A stretch of DNA of 64,000 bases. Origin: a plasmid. The stretch lies in sequence record NZ_CP087960.1. One strand, written 5' to 3'. How positions within the stretch are numbered: the stretch's first letter is position 1; every line of letters begins with the position of its first letter. Below the pieces are notes generated by a model, which saw nothing but the letters and a program-made list of their open reading frames with translations, was not told the DNA's origin and ran no database searches. Positions 37,931 through 48,417 of the stretch are shown here, piece after piece. The position numbers and the translations under genes are program-made.

Positions 37931-40183
37931 CTACTCGCTATTTACTTTTTGCCATAATTCCATAAATTCATTTAGTAAATCAGGTTTGTTTACTAAAAAT
38001 TGCATATAGTCACTTCGTCCACCATGATGATCAATAATTAATCTGAATCTTTCAGCATCTTCTCCTAATTCGTCTTTATGCTCTTGCCAAAATTCACGTA
38101 GTGCTTCTGTTTGATTCATTTGTCTTTGAGCAGCCATTTCTGCAAAAATTGCATCGGTTTCAGCACCATTTGGTAAGTCATCAACTTCATTTTCATGTTT
38201 AGCTTTGGCTCCACTAGCCGTGTCATCGCTTCCCATACTATCTTGCTTATTTGCATCTGCTTGTTGATGTGCATCATATGCACTTAAGGCATCCTTTGAC
38301 CAGGTAATCCAGTCTCGCCAATCAACCGCCAAACTAGCTAAATCGAGCTGTGCATGTGGCGCATCAATTTGTAATAAATCTGGACTTGTTCCAGGATTAA
38401 ATTCATCAGTTAAGAATGTATAAGCAAGTGGCATCTTAGTTTTACCCGTATTAAAGATTGGATACGGTCGAACAGATCGACCTTTCAAATCGGTTCGATA
38501 AAGTGGCCGTAATACTACGCTCTCTCCAATCATGAAATCTTTAATTCTTTCCGGCAAAAGTAGAGGAACTGAATCAGCGGACACATTAATGGATTGAGCC
38601 ATATTCATCACAGACTTATTAACGTTATTGCCTTCAACAGTCTTATTTCCAATTAAAGTACAAAATTCCTTGTTAGTATCCATATCAGTAGATTTAATCA
38701 AAATCTGATTTTGACCGTTTTCTTTAATTGTATTTCCCTTATCTTTCCCATATTTTGCGTAAATTTGTTTATACGATTGAATAATGAGTGTAAATAACAT
38801 ATTACGTCCGGCTGAAACTGTCATCAATTGGTCCATATCCTTGATTGGTAACATATTACCAAACTCATCAAAGATAAAATGGACTCTTCTAATAGTTTTA
38901 CCGCCAGCAACGTATGAACATTGCTTTGCCAGTTCTGAGTACAGCTGTGAAATGAAAATTGAAGCAAGAGCATTGTTAGAACTGTCGTAGTCAGGAATTT
39001 TCATAAATACGGCAGTTGGACGATCGGAATAATGCATGCGAAGATTGCCAATAGGCATTTTAGATTGCAATGGCTGCAATTCTGTCTTCTCTGTTCTTGC
39101 ATCAATTTTGATCTTATATGAACTAAATTGCTGACGATGTTTAACGATCATATAGCAACCATCAGTCAACTTATCATCAAAGTTGTATTGTACAAAGCCT
39201 CCAAATGCAACCTTAACCGTATACTTATTGATGAGCTCTTTCTTCTTATTAAGAAAGAGAATCTGGATTCTCTTATTGGCAAGCTTCTTGTCAACTTCAA
39301 AGTCAAGGTATTTTGGAAAACCAATTGATTTAAGCTCTAGAGAATTCATTGAAGTCATTCGGGCCATTTTAGGCATTGAGAAAACGCTCAACTTTTGAAC
39401 GATTGTTGAATAAATTGACCCTTTAGCTTTATCTCCTGAAAAACTTGTAGATCCAAATTCTCGCTTTGCAATAGATCCTTGCTTTAAGTGCTTAAAGTAC
39501 TCATCAAGGACGTTAGATTTATCATATGGATCGTCAGGATCAGTTGCGTAATCAACCGTTCCTAGTTCGTTAACCATATCAATAACATTGTTAAGCGTAA
39601 TTTTTTCCGTCATATTATGCTTAATACAATATTCAATTAAAGCAATAATCATACCGTTAACGGCTTTTTGTGCACCTTCGTAAACCCAGCTATTAGCTCC
39701 GGCATTTTCTTCATGATATAAGGTATAAGTCAGAGAGTTAACTAGTTGCATAGCACCTTCAATATCGCCACGTTTCCAGGATTGAATAATGAGCTGCAAC
39801 GGATTATAAGCCATCGATTGAGATCCATCTGCTAAATTAAGCAGGTAAACATTGTAGCCTCTTCTACGTAGTGTTTCAGAAGAGGCTGCGTATAGTTCTC
39901 CTTTAGGATCGTTGACAACAATCGATGACTGTTTGCTTGCTCGGGAAAGATTATCGATCATTGGAATAACGATTGCTTGGGTTTTAGCAGACCTTGATGT
40001 TCCAACAATAATATTGTGACTGGTACTTCGATCAATAAAATAGAACCCTTTTTTCCTTATAAAAGGAAATTTTTTAGCTCTTACCCACTTATTTACGTGA
40101 GAGATGGGTATACCGCCGTATCCTTCAAATGATGGTTTATAGGTGTAAGATGTATAATTTCTACTTATTGCAGCAGGCATCAT
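37931..40183 (-). CDS. type IV coupling protein (VirD4/TraG-like, 750 aa)
   Basis: Degenerate P-loop 'VGTSRSAKTQ', Walker-B-like 'VHFIFDEFGNM', acidic C-terminal tail. Adjacent to the T4SS genes. Confidence 0.55.
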   Translation of the reverse strand: MMPAAISRNYTSYTYKPSFEGYGGIPISHVNKWVRAKKFPFIRKKGFYFIDRSTSHNIIVGTSRSAKTQAIVIPMIDNLSRASKQSSIVVNDPKGELYAASSETLRRRGYNVYLLNLADGSQSMAYNPLQLIIQSWKRGDIEGAMQLVNSLTYTLYHEENAGANSWVYEGAQKAVNGMIIALIEYCIKHNMTEKITLNNVIDMVNELGTVDYATDPDDPYDKSNVLDEYFKHLKQGSIAKREFGSTSFSGDKAKGSIYSTIVQKLSVFSMPKMARMTSMNSLELKSIGFPKYLDFEVDKKLANKRIQILFLNKKKELINKYTVKVAFGGFVQYNFDDKLTDGCYMIVKHRQQFSSYKIKIDARTEKTELQPLQSKMPIGNLRMHYSDRPTAVFMKIPDYDSSNNALASIFISQLYSELAKQCSYVAGGKTIRRVHFIFDEFGNMLPIKDMDQLMTVSAGRNMLFTLIIQSYKQIYAKYGKDKGNTIKENGQNQILIKSTDMDTNKEFCTLIGNKTVEGNNVNKSVMNMAQSINVSADSVPLLLPERIKDFMIGESVVLRPLYRTDLKGRSVRPYPIFNTGKTKMPLAYTFLTDEFNPGTSPDLLQIDAPHAQLDLASLAVDWRDWITWSKDALSAYDAHQQADANKQDSMGSDDTASGAKAKHENEVDDLPNGAETDAIFAEMAAQRQMNQTEALREFWQEHKDELGEDAERFRLIIDHHGGRSDYMQFLVNKPDLLNEFMELWQKVNSE

Positions 40184-40695
40184 TCATCACCCCTCTCATC
40201 ATGATCAGGAATAATTGGATATTGCTTTTCAAGTTCTTTTTCAGTGGTAAAACGCTCATCACCTTTTTGACCGTATGCAACATCTTTTGTCGCAAATTTT
40301 AGACGTTTTGATAATCCGAAACCGCCGAAAAAGCTAATGGCCAAAATTGCTATCAGCCATTTGAACGGCAAAGGATATTTAGCGATATTTATAGCTTGGG
40401 CAAATATTTTTTCATCATCAATCTTTTGAGTAAAGAAGTTAAAGCCAGGTCTACTTATTGTTTGAAATGTGAGTCGACCAGCATTAACAAATATTACCAA
40501 AACTATGAAAAGTGCCACACTTGAAATAACTGCTACAAATAACCGAATATCCTTTTGGTGTTCTTCCCGATTATCAGGAAGATTGGCACCATCTATTGTT
40601 TCTTTTCTTAAACTTAAAAATACTTGTTTAAAAAAAGAACCTGTTCTTTTAATAAGACTGGTCCTTTTTACCTTTTTTACTTTTCTAACTTTCAT
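40180..40695 (-). CDS. membrane protein (171 aa), T4SS-associated
   Basis: Two or three TM helices. Confidence 0.35.
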   Translation of the reverse strand: MKVRKVKKVKRTSLIKRTGSFFKQVFLSLRKETIDGANLPDNREEHQKDIRLFVAVISSVALFIVLVIFVNAGRLTFQTISRPGFNFFTQKIDDEKIFAQAINIAKYPLPFKWLIAILAISFFGGFGLSKRLKFATKDVAYGQKGDERFTTEKELEKQYPIIPDHDERGDE

Positions 40696-43144
40696 TCTTA
40701 GCTAACCACCCGTTCTGCCAATCATGTACTGCGTAAAAAGCCAAAATAACTGAGTCTCTTGCAGAATCAGAAACACTTTTTCTTTCGTCAGCATTCATTT
40801 TGAGCCAAGAGTCGCGAATATCTTTTTGATTATTTTGAGCGATTGCTAAATATAATTTGCTAAGAGTAGTAGGATCATTTCGATTGATCACTTCAAGAGA
40901 GCGAACATCTTTTTGCCCCACTAGTCCATTTAGATAATCAACTTTTTCACTCCAATTATTTAAAGAGTTATATTTCTGTTCAGGTGTTTCAGGTTTTGGA
41001 GTTGAGGGCTGTTCTAGCTTCTTCTTTGAAGAAGAAGTATCTTGCTTTTTAGGTGAACTAGTCTTTTTATTGCTCTTCTCAGCACTTGAATTTTTAACTA
41101 AAACGACTGAAGGCTTAGTTGACGAAACTGAGTGATTATTTCGATTATATCCAAACAAAAGTACTGAACTTAAAGTAGCCACAGCCAAGAATGAAATGAT
41201 ACCTATTTGCCAATGCTTTTTAGAATTCTTAGTTGTTAGTTCTTTTTTTGCGTCTTCAATTTCCTTATCTTTAGCGGTAATTTGTACTTCAGTCAGCTTT
41301 TTTTCTAAAGCGTCATATTGATCCTTCAATTTCTGAAATTCAGTGTTATCGACTGGAGGAGTCGAATTGTTTGGAATCTGTGGCGCTCCTGCAGGCTGAG
41401 CATAATAATAATTACCTGGAACTTGATAGAACGGCATTAATTGAGAATTAGGTGATTGTTGTTGTGTCTTATTAATTGCAGCTGCAATTGCATCTGGTAA
41501 TCCTTCAATTTGTTTCTTAGTTAATGCAAGTTCTTGATCTTTTTGATCTAACTCGCGAGCCTTCAATTCATTTTCTTTTTGCTTTTGAGCAAGTTTCGCT
41601 TGGGCAAATTGATATTTTTCACGTTTTTGATTAATTTCATCCCGTTTTTCTTGAATAGAACTAATGGCTCCATCAAGACCTACACGGAAGTTTTCTTCTG
41701 ATTTAGTAAACTCATTCTTCAAGCCTTGGTTGAAACGGTTTGAAAGTTCAACGCGTGTATCAGATAAGTTTCTGTTAATTTCATTAACTACCTTGTCATG
41801 TTCCCGTTGTTTCAAATCATTTTTGCTATCAGCTAGTCGAGTATCGATTTTTTCATTTAAAGTATCTAGTTCTTTTTGTTGGTTAATCTTAAATGAACGC
41901 ATGCTTTCCTGATGCTCATTTTGCAATTGAACTTTAAATTGATCTAGCTTATCTACATCTTGAGCTGTAAGGCGGGCTTCTTCATTATTGCACGCTTGCT
42001 CCATATTAGATTGATTCTTTTGCTTGTTATTCTGAGCATCTTGTTCTAATTGATTAATCTCATCTTTAAGCCGAACTGCTACGATATTTTCAACCGTGTT
42101 CTTAGTTAGCTCATTATACTTGGTAGTTAAAGCATCAATTAAACTATTTTCTAAATTTGATTTAGTAATATCAAATTCGCTTTGAAGAGAGGATAAACCT
42201 GTATCTTTCAATACTTCATCAATTGTTCTATTCAGTTCTTCATCAAACTTATCAGTAGGATTGTTCTTATAACCAAGTTGTGCTTTAATGACACTCAAAT
42301 CAAATGATTCTGCATTATATTTATCCGGAATTTTACTTAAGATATCCTCTGGATTTTCAAATTTACTACTTGGCGTAACTACTAATTCAGTTGGTACTGG
42401 TGCCGGCTGAGCCGGCGTAGCACGTTCTTGATTCTGTGCTGCAAATTCACTGGTTGGATCTGGAAGATCAAGATCATCAGTTGGCTGAATATCATTGTTT
42501 TCATTGGAAACAGACTCCGGCTCTGGAAGGCTATCCTCTAATGGTAAGCTTTCGTTATCTTCAAACGACTGACCTTCTTCATTAGAATTATTAGCTTTAG
42601 GTTGAGTCTGTTTAGGAGTATCTACCATAGAAAACTGTTTAACAATGTTACCATCTACACCTTCTACACCTTTAATGTCACCAACTACACCACTTGCTCG
42701 TTGTGATTGGAATACAGGTTGATTGTCTGTATTTTCTTCTACAGCAGTTTTATCTGTTTCCTCTGGTTCAAGTTCATCTGCATAATTAGTTTTAGCAGCA
42801 CCTAATTCAGACTGAATCTGATCTTGTAAATCTTCTAAATCCTCATTTTCTTCATCACTAAGTTCTTCATCTGCATAATCGCGACTAATTAAGCTAACAA
42901 TTCCAAATTGAGCATCTCCGGCTTCAATTTGAGTATCAAAAGTATACTCGTCTGCTACATCTCCACCGTCATCTTTGATAACAGTAAACGCAAATTCTTT
43001 CGTTTCGTGTGCCGATAAAGTCTTAGCATACTCCTTAACCCTATCATTTGCTTCTTTTAGTGGAAGTGGCTTTTGCTTAAAGATACCAGTCTTGAATAAC
43101 TTTTTGCCATCTTTAGGATAAGAAGTAAAAGTAACTTCTATCAT
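40685..43144 (-). CDS. large acidic coiled-coil membrane protein (819 aa), T4SS component candidate
   Basis: Long Q/E/K-rich coiled-coil, one TM near aa 615, ~180-aa C-terminal extracytoplasmic domain. Confidence 0.4.
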   Translation of the reverse strand: MIEVTFTSYPKDGKKLFKTGIFKQKPLPLKEANDRVKEYAKTLSAHETKEFAFTVIKDDGGDVADEYTFDTQIEAGDAQFGIVSLISRDYADEELSDEENEDLEDLQDQIQSELGAAKTNYADELEPEETDKTAVEENTDNQPVFQSQRASGVVGDIKGVEGVDGNIVKQFSMVDTPKQTQPKANNSNEEGQSFEDNESLPLEDSLPEPESVSNENNDIQPTDDLDLPDPTSEFAAQNQERATPAQPAPVPTELVVTPSSKFENPEDILSKIPDKYNAESFDLSVIKAQLGYKNNPTDKFDEELNRTIDEVLKDTGLSSLQSEFDITKSNLENSLIDALTTKYNELTKNTVENIVAVRLKDEINQLEQDAQNNKQKNQSNMEQACNNEEARLTAQDVDKLDQFKVQLQNEHQESMRSFKINQQKELDTLNEKIDTRLADSKNDLKQREHDKVVNEINRNLSDTRVELSNRFNQGLKNEFTKSEENFRVGLDGAISSIQEKRDEINQKREKYQFAQAKLAQKQKENELKARELDQKDQELALTKKQIEGLPDAIAAAINKTQQQSPNSQLMPFYQVPGNYYYAQPAGAPQIPNNSTPPVDNTEFQKLKDQYDALEKKLTEVQITAKDKEIEDAKKELTTKNSKKHWQIGIISFLAVATLSSVLLFGYNRNNHSVSSTKPSVVLVKNSSAEKSNKKTSSPKKQDTSSSKKKLEQPSTPKPETPEQKYNSLNNWSEKVDYLNGLVGQKDVRSLEVINRNDPTTLSKLYLAIAQNNQKDIRDSWLKMNADERKSVSDSARDSVILAFYAVHDWQNGWLAKNES

Positions 43145-43188
43145 TGAATAACTCCTTACTTTTTATTACGTTTAACCAGAATATTTAA

Positions 43189-43482
43189 CTAGAAAGTTGC
43201 CCCTCCGAACATTTGCCAGATCGTAGGTACTAATTGTGGAGCTAGTAATAGGACAGCACCACCAATTAAAGCTGCAACTAACATAGCTTTAGCTTTTTGA
43301 GCTGCTTGGCCACCAAACATCCAAAATAGACCAGCTGCAACAATTACAGCAACACCAATAAATCGTGCAGTATTTGTCATATTAGTAGATGCGTAACTTG
43401 CACCATTGTTAACTTGGCTCCAAACATTAGCACCAGTCATAAGTTTTAATTTTAAAAAGTTCATAATAAATACCTCGTTCAA
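43189..43482 (-). CDS. small hydrophobic protein (97 aa), VirB2/pilin-like candidate
   Basis: Two hydrophobic segments separated by a short loop. First gene after the pilus block. Confidence 0.3.
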   Translation of the reverse strand: MNEVFIMNFLKLKLMTGANVWSQVNNGASYASTNMTNTARFIGVAVIVAAGLFWMFGGQAAQKAKAMLVAALIGGAVLLLAPQLVPTIWQMFGGATF

Positions 43483-43645
43483 ATATCATCAAAATTTTCA
43501 ATAAAAAAAGAGCACCGAATCATATGAATGATTCGATGCTCAACAACATCTGTTAGTAACATTTTTAATCCTTTATTTATTTCAATAATTTTTGCTTATT
43601 ATAAAAAGCTGGTTCAGCTCTAATAACTTTCATTTTTATCACCAA

Positions 43646-43921
43646 CTATTTATCATTTGGTTTAAAGTCCTTATTAAATGGCTGGTTATTAGTACGATCT
43701 TTATGATAAAGCTTATTTGCTTCTGCTGTTGCACTGAACAAATCTTCTAAATCAAGCTGCTCTTGTGCCCAATCTAAAGCTGGTCCTTTTTCTTGCTTAA
43801 TTAAAGAAGTGCCTAGCTCTGTACACTTTTGTGTAAGCCTAGCTTTTTCATCGATATTATGCTTTTTTCGCCAGTCAGAAATAATCTTCTTTTGTTCTTT
43901 CGTTAAATTAGTAATTGTCAA
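43646..43921 (-). CDS. hypothetical protein (91 aa)
   Basis: ORF only. Confidence 0.3.
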   Translation of the reverse strand: MTITNLTKEQKKIISDWRKKHNIDEKARLTQKCTELGTSLIKQEKGPALDWAQEQLDLEDLFSATAEANKLYHKDRTNNQPFNKDFKPNDK

Positions 43922-44009
43922 ACTTTCTCACCTTCATATTCCCACCAACACACCCGATTAAAAGGAGTAAGAAAATCTCACCATTCTTCTTGCTCATAAT
44001 ATTTACCTT

Positions 44010-45353
44010 TTAATTAAAGAAACTCTCAATTTGCTCAACTAAATTATTTAAAAAGCCATGAATTCTTGCTTTACCAGTCTGATACATCTTGGCATCAGTA
44101 ACAGTTGGCTTTTGTCCTTCGGTTCCCTTAGCTTGATCTTGCCCAGGTTGATTTTGCTCTGAAGTTTTTCCATTTTCAGGTTTATTCTCTGGAGTTTTTT
44201 CAGGCAAAACCTTTTCTGATTTTGGATAAATAGTAAATTCTGGACTATATTTTCCATCTTTATCAGTGATAGGTGTCAAGATAACAATTGGATCGGAATT
44301 CTTAGCCATTGCTTCTTTTGGAGTCTCAGTATTTACAACATAGTAAGCATGATACTTACCATCAATTGGAACTTTAACTCTTGCAACGCCGTCCTTATTG
44401 CTTGTCTTGTCATGCTCAGTTGTCACTTGAGCAAAAGTTTTCATTGACTTCGGGTCAAGTTTAGCTGCACGACTAGCAACTTCTTTGCGAATCGTATCGT
44501 CTTTACGCATTTGTTCGACTTTCGCAACAAGCTTCTCTTCCTCTTCTGATTTCTTATCTGACTCTGATTTATCATCCGCATTCTTGCTCTTTTCTACAGA
44601 AGACTTAGATTGGTCATCTACTGTAGTACTTGAACTTGACTTTGAAGATGAAGTTTCAGAATTTGAAGACTTTGGTTCAGTTTGATCTAAATCAGCTTCA
44701 GGAGCTTGAGTTGATGCTTTTTCTGTTTTAGCATCACTAGAAGATGATTTCACTGATTTATAGGCGGAAGGAATTTTGGATTTGTTATTCGTACTGTTTG
44801 AGATAGTCTTATTAGCATTATCTTCAGTACTATTCTCATCAAATTCTTCGGAATCAGATTTATCTGCTTCTGATTTTTCTTCTTGTGAATTGGAATTATC
44901 AGCTTCTTTTAGGGCTTGATCAACTTGTTTGTCGCTTGGACTAGAATCATCTACCTTAAGCTTTTCTTTGATAATCGTATTCATTAAGTCAGTAACATCA
45001 TAAACAGTAAATTTTGAACCATTTACTCCCTCAAGACTATCTGAGTTAAGATCCTTTTCATTGGTAGCAATTACTTTTCGAATAACCATAGTTTGTTCTT
45101 TCAAACTTTGTGGGTTATCTGGATCTGCTTTTTTATCCTCAGCTTTAACATCTACGGAAGAGTTGTCTGTACTCTTTTCTGTCTTGGTATCATCTGTCTT
45201 CTTATTCTCATCTTCTTTTTTGTTTTGAACGATAGAAGATTGAGTAGAAGCAGATGGTTGTTCGGCCGCATGTACAATTGCTGGTGCAGCTAATGTAAGT
45301 ACATTAGCTGATAGCATAGCCGCAGACATAATTTTACTTCTTGCGTTTTTCAT
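44010..45353 (-). CDS. secreted pilin-like protein lacking a cell-wall sorting signal (447 aa)
   Basis: Signal peptide. Long acidic S/K/D/E low-complexity region. C-terminal domain with the pilin-like motif 'FTIYPKSEKV'. No LPxTG or hydrophobic tail. Confidence 0.45.
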   Translation of the reverse strand: MKNARSKIMSAAMLSANVLTLAAPAIVHAAEQPSASTQSSIVQNKKEDENKKTDDTKTEKSTDNSSVDVKAEDKKADPDNPQSLKEQTMVIRKVIATNEKDLNSDSLEGVNGSKFTVYDVTDLMNTIIKEKLKVDDSSPSDKQVDQALKEADNSNSQEEKSEADKSDSEEFDENSTEDNANKTISNSTNNKSKIPSAYKSVKSSSSDAKTEKASTQAPEADLDQTEPKSSNSETSSSKSSSSTTVDDQSKSSVEKSKNADDKSESDKKSEEEEKLVAKVEQMRKDDTIRKEVASRAAKLDPKSMKTFAQVTTEHDKTSNKDGVARVKVPIDGKYHAYYVVNTETPKEAMAKNSDPIVILTPITDKDGKYSPEFTIYPKSEKVLPEKTPENKPENGKTSEQNQPGQDQAKGTEGQKPTVTDAKMYQTGKARIHGFLNNLVEQIESFFN

Positions 45354-46170
45354 GTAGATATACCTTCTTTACTTTTTTCTTCTTTCTATTTTTTCGATGG
45401 GTGAACCAGTAGAATAAAGCCATTGCAGAAGTTACAACAATTGCTACAATAGCAGCTTTCCCTAATGAAGTTAGTCCACCATCAGCATTAATATTCTCAG
45501 CATGGTAAGGAACACGGTGCCCTCTAACTAGCAACCTATGAGTATTTTGGAAAAGCGGAGTACAAGTAACCAAAGTTACATAATCTTGATTAGGATCAAC
45601 CTTAAAATATTTCAAATTATTAGGCAAAACCTTTTTAATTTGATCTACCTGATAAGCGTGAATTTCCTTGTTCACTTTGATATAAAACTTGTCGCCTTTC
45701 TTTAACTTAGGCAAATCGGTAAAAAGACGATTAAGACTTAATCCACTATGCCCAGTAAGTACGGAGTGCTTACCTTTACCGCCTGTTGGCAGGCTGGTAT
45801 TTTCTAACACTCCAATACCGTTATCAAGTGCGGTTTGCGATGTTCCCATGTAAACCGGCAAAACTTCTTTAATCTTAGGAATACTTAAGGCTGCAACAGG
45901 CTTTAATTCAGCTTCAGCAACATCAACCGAATTTTTATTTTTCTTCTTAGTTGCAGAATTAGCAAATGGATCTACAGGTTTCTCAGTTTTAGGTGCCTTA
46001 TAAAAAGACTCCAGATAGCTACTACCGTGTCTCTCCGATCTTGCAACTTCAGCCTCTTGCTTTTGTGCCAAAAAGTAATCATTAAGAAAAGGATAAGTTG
46101 AAAGCCCTAAAATTGTTAGGCACAATAACCCCCAGATTACTAGCGTTAAAGGTTTTTTACCTTTTTTCAT
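45334..46170 (-). CDS. class C (pilus-specific) sortase
   Basis: N-terminal signal/TM. 'LTGHSG' His motif, 'VTLVTCTP' TLxTC catalytic Cys, conserved Arg, C-terminal TM plus basic tail. Confidence 0.8.
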   Translation of the reverse strand: MKKGKKPLTLVIWGLLCLTILGLSTYPFLNDYFLAQKQEAEVARSERHGSSYLESFYKAPKTEKPVDPFANSATKKKNKNSVDVAEAELKPVAALSIPKIKEVLPVYMGTSQTALDNGIGVLENTSLPTGGKGKHSVLTGHSGLSLNRLFTDLPKLKKGDKFYIKVNKEIHAYQVDQIKKVLPNNLKYFKVDPNQDYVTLVTCTPLFQNTHRLLVRGHRVPYHAENINADGGLTSLGKAAIVAIVVTSAMALFYWFTHRKNRKKKKVKKVYLHEKRKK

Positions 46171-48398
46171 TACTTGTCAGCTTTCTTTTTCTTTTGAGAA
46201 ACGTAAATGTATGTACCACCGCCAACAACAACTACCGCAACAAGAATTCCACCTAATTGAAGAAGTCCTTGGCTACCAGTAAATGGCATGCTGGTCTTTT
46301 CGTCGTTCTTGATTTCGATTGGGTTGCTCAAAGTTTGATCATTAGTATGAGGTCCAATCTTAAAGTTGACAGTTTCATTCATCAATTGGTATCCCTTAGG
46401 TGCCTTAACTTCTCGAAGCTTATAGTCACCTTCTGAGAAACCTTGTAAAGCAAATTTACCTTCCTTATCGGAAGTTAAAATACCAGCCTTAACGTCTGAA
46501 TAATTATCTACCCAGTCAATATCTTTTTCGCCCTTCTTACCATTTTCTTTGAAGCCGTTAAACCACTTACCAGTCTTCAAATCTTGAACGGCAAATTGAG
46601 CACCTTCCAGCTTCTGCTTAGCAATTCCCCAGCCCATGAAACCGGAAGATTCCTTAACGAAGTTAACACCATAGGTTACAGTATCATCGTGACGATGAAT
46701 TTCTTTATAGCCTGAACCATCATTCCAGCCTAAAGTAATGGTGTTAACGATTCGCTTATCTAATGGCGTATCATCAGTCAAAATTTCATCATATTCATAG
46801 TTAAGCTTCTTACCAGCTTGAGCGGCAACTAAGTCACTTACACTACCAGTAGTTAAGCCTTTAACAGCATCTTCGATTTTCTTATTATCATGAGAGTTAG
46901 CTGCATCTTGAAGTTTCTTAGCATCTGCTTCACTTAAGCCCTTAACAACATAGTTGACCCACCATTTACTATCTGAACCGTTTAAAATTTGGTAATCTTT
47001 ACCTTCTTCAAGCTTTTTACCATCAGGAGTTGTAATTACTAAGTGTCTTTCAGCAGGAACATCTTTTAAGTTCTTTTCTGGTTCATCACGAGTAAAGAAG
47101 GTATGGTAAGGTTCAGTCATTGCATTAGTACCAGTAGCATCAATTTGCCATGCAGAACCCATAATATTTTGTGGAATTACGGTCTTTGAATTAAAGTGCG
47201 CAAAATCACCACGGTGCAATGATTGATTTGGTCCAATACCATTAGTTAACTTCTTTTCTTCATTAGTCGGACCATAGTTGACAAGTGAACCTTGTAATTT
47301 AGTTGGATCAATACCATCTTCACCAATTTCAAAAGTTAGCTTGTTACGAACATCATTCTTGGCAATTGGTGAAATTGCTGCTCTTGCTTGGTCGTCTGCT
47401 TCGTCACCAGCCACCTCACTTGGCTCTTCAACGAAGTAGTACTTACCCATAATTAGATTATTAGCAGTTACTTTACCCTTACTATCAGTAGTTAAGACTC
47501 CACCAACCTTTTCACCTTTTCCTGGTTCACCACGATATAATTGGAACTTAGCGCCAGCAAGCGGTACTTTCTTTCCGCCATCCTTGTCAGCATTCCAAAG
47601 AACATATTTAGTTAGATCAAAGTTTAATTTTTGCGTCTTGTTCTTTGGATACAAGTGTGTGGTTGACAAGAATCCTGTACCATCTGGATTGGTATAAGGG
47701 TTTACGAAAATAATAGGTTCAGATGGTGGAGTTACAAATCCACGTGGTGTCTTAGTTTCAACTGCTGCATAGTAGTGATATTTTTGTGGCTTAGAAGCAT
47801 CATAGGCTTTAACGTTTTCAAAAGTTATGTCACCATTGCTATCAATTGCCTTAGTTGCTACCTTTTGAGCTTTAGCCAAGTATTCGTTTTTGCTCATCTC
47901 TTGAGTAAGCTTAGCTGGATCTACACCGTGCGTAGCATCAAAAGCGTTATTGAAAGACTTTTGAATTGATTCACTAATGTACTTAACGCGTCCATTCATA
48001 GCTTGTTGGTCAGCTGCACTGTTAGTCCAACCAGTTAAGCCCTTACCATCATTGAATTTTTCGTTTACCACATCGGTAATGTCATACAAAGTAAATTCGA
48101 CTTTACCCATTGTATTAGGATTGTAGTGTGTAATTTGGTCTGGTAATTCCTTAGACTTATCAGTACCATCGTTCTTGATCTTGTTTTGTTCAAAGAATTT
48201 GGCATCTTTAGTGTCATACATCATCTTATGAACAGTAATGTTAGTAGTACTTGGTGCTACTTGATCTGCTTTAACAATTGACGGATGTTGAATCATAACC
48301 GCCGCTTGAACACCTACTAAAGCAGTACCACATAAACTCAAAACAACTCCTCCGGTTGCAAGAGACTTTCGAAATCCTTTTTTCATAGAATTATTCAT
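46170..48398 (-). CDS. sortase-dependent major pilin-like protein (742 aa)
   Basis: Signal peptide. Pilin motif 'HLYPKNKTQK' (YPKN). E-box 'YKLREVKAPKGY'. Sorting signal 'MPFTG' followed by a hydrophobic stretch and 'KKKKADK'. Confidence 0.75.
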   Translation of the reverse strand: MNNSMKKGFRKSLATGGVVLSLCGTALVGVQAAVMIQHPSIVKADQVAPSTTNITVHKMMYDTKDAKFFEQNKIKNDGTDKSKELPDQITHYNPNTMGKVEFTLYDITDVVNEKFNDGKGLTGWTNSAADQQAMNGRVKYISESIQKSFNNAFDATHGVDPAKLTQEMSKNEYLAKAQKVATKAIDSNGDITFENVKAYDASKPQKYHYYAAVETKTPRGFVTPPSEPIIFVNPYTNPDGTGFLSTTHLYPKNKTQKLNFDLTKYVLWNADKDGGKKVPLAGAKFQLYRGEPGKGEKVGGVLTTDSKGKVTANNLIMGKYYFVEEPSEVAGDEADDQARAAISPIAKNDVRNKLTFEIGEDGIDPTKLQGSLVNYGPTNEEKKLTNGIGPNQSLHRGDFAHFNSKTVIPQNIMGSAWQIDATGTNAMTEPYHTFFTRDEPEKNLKDVPAERHLVITTPDGKKLEEGKDYQILNGSDSKWWVNYVVKGLSEADAKKLQDAANSHDNKKIEDAVKGLTTGSVSDLVAAQAGKKLNYEYDEILTDDTPLDKRIVNTITLGWNDGSGYKEIHRHDDTVTYGVNFVKESSGFMGWGIAKQKLEGAQFAVQDLKTGKWFNGFKENGKKGEKDIDWVDNYSDVKAGILTSDKEGKFALQGFSEGDYKLREVKAPKGYQLMNETVNFKIGPHTNDQTLSNPIEIKNDEKTSMPFTGSQGLLQLGGILVAVVVVGGGTYIYVSQKKKKADK

Positions 48399-48417
48399 TG
48401 AATTATCCCCAGTTCTT

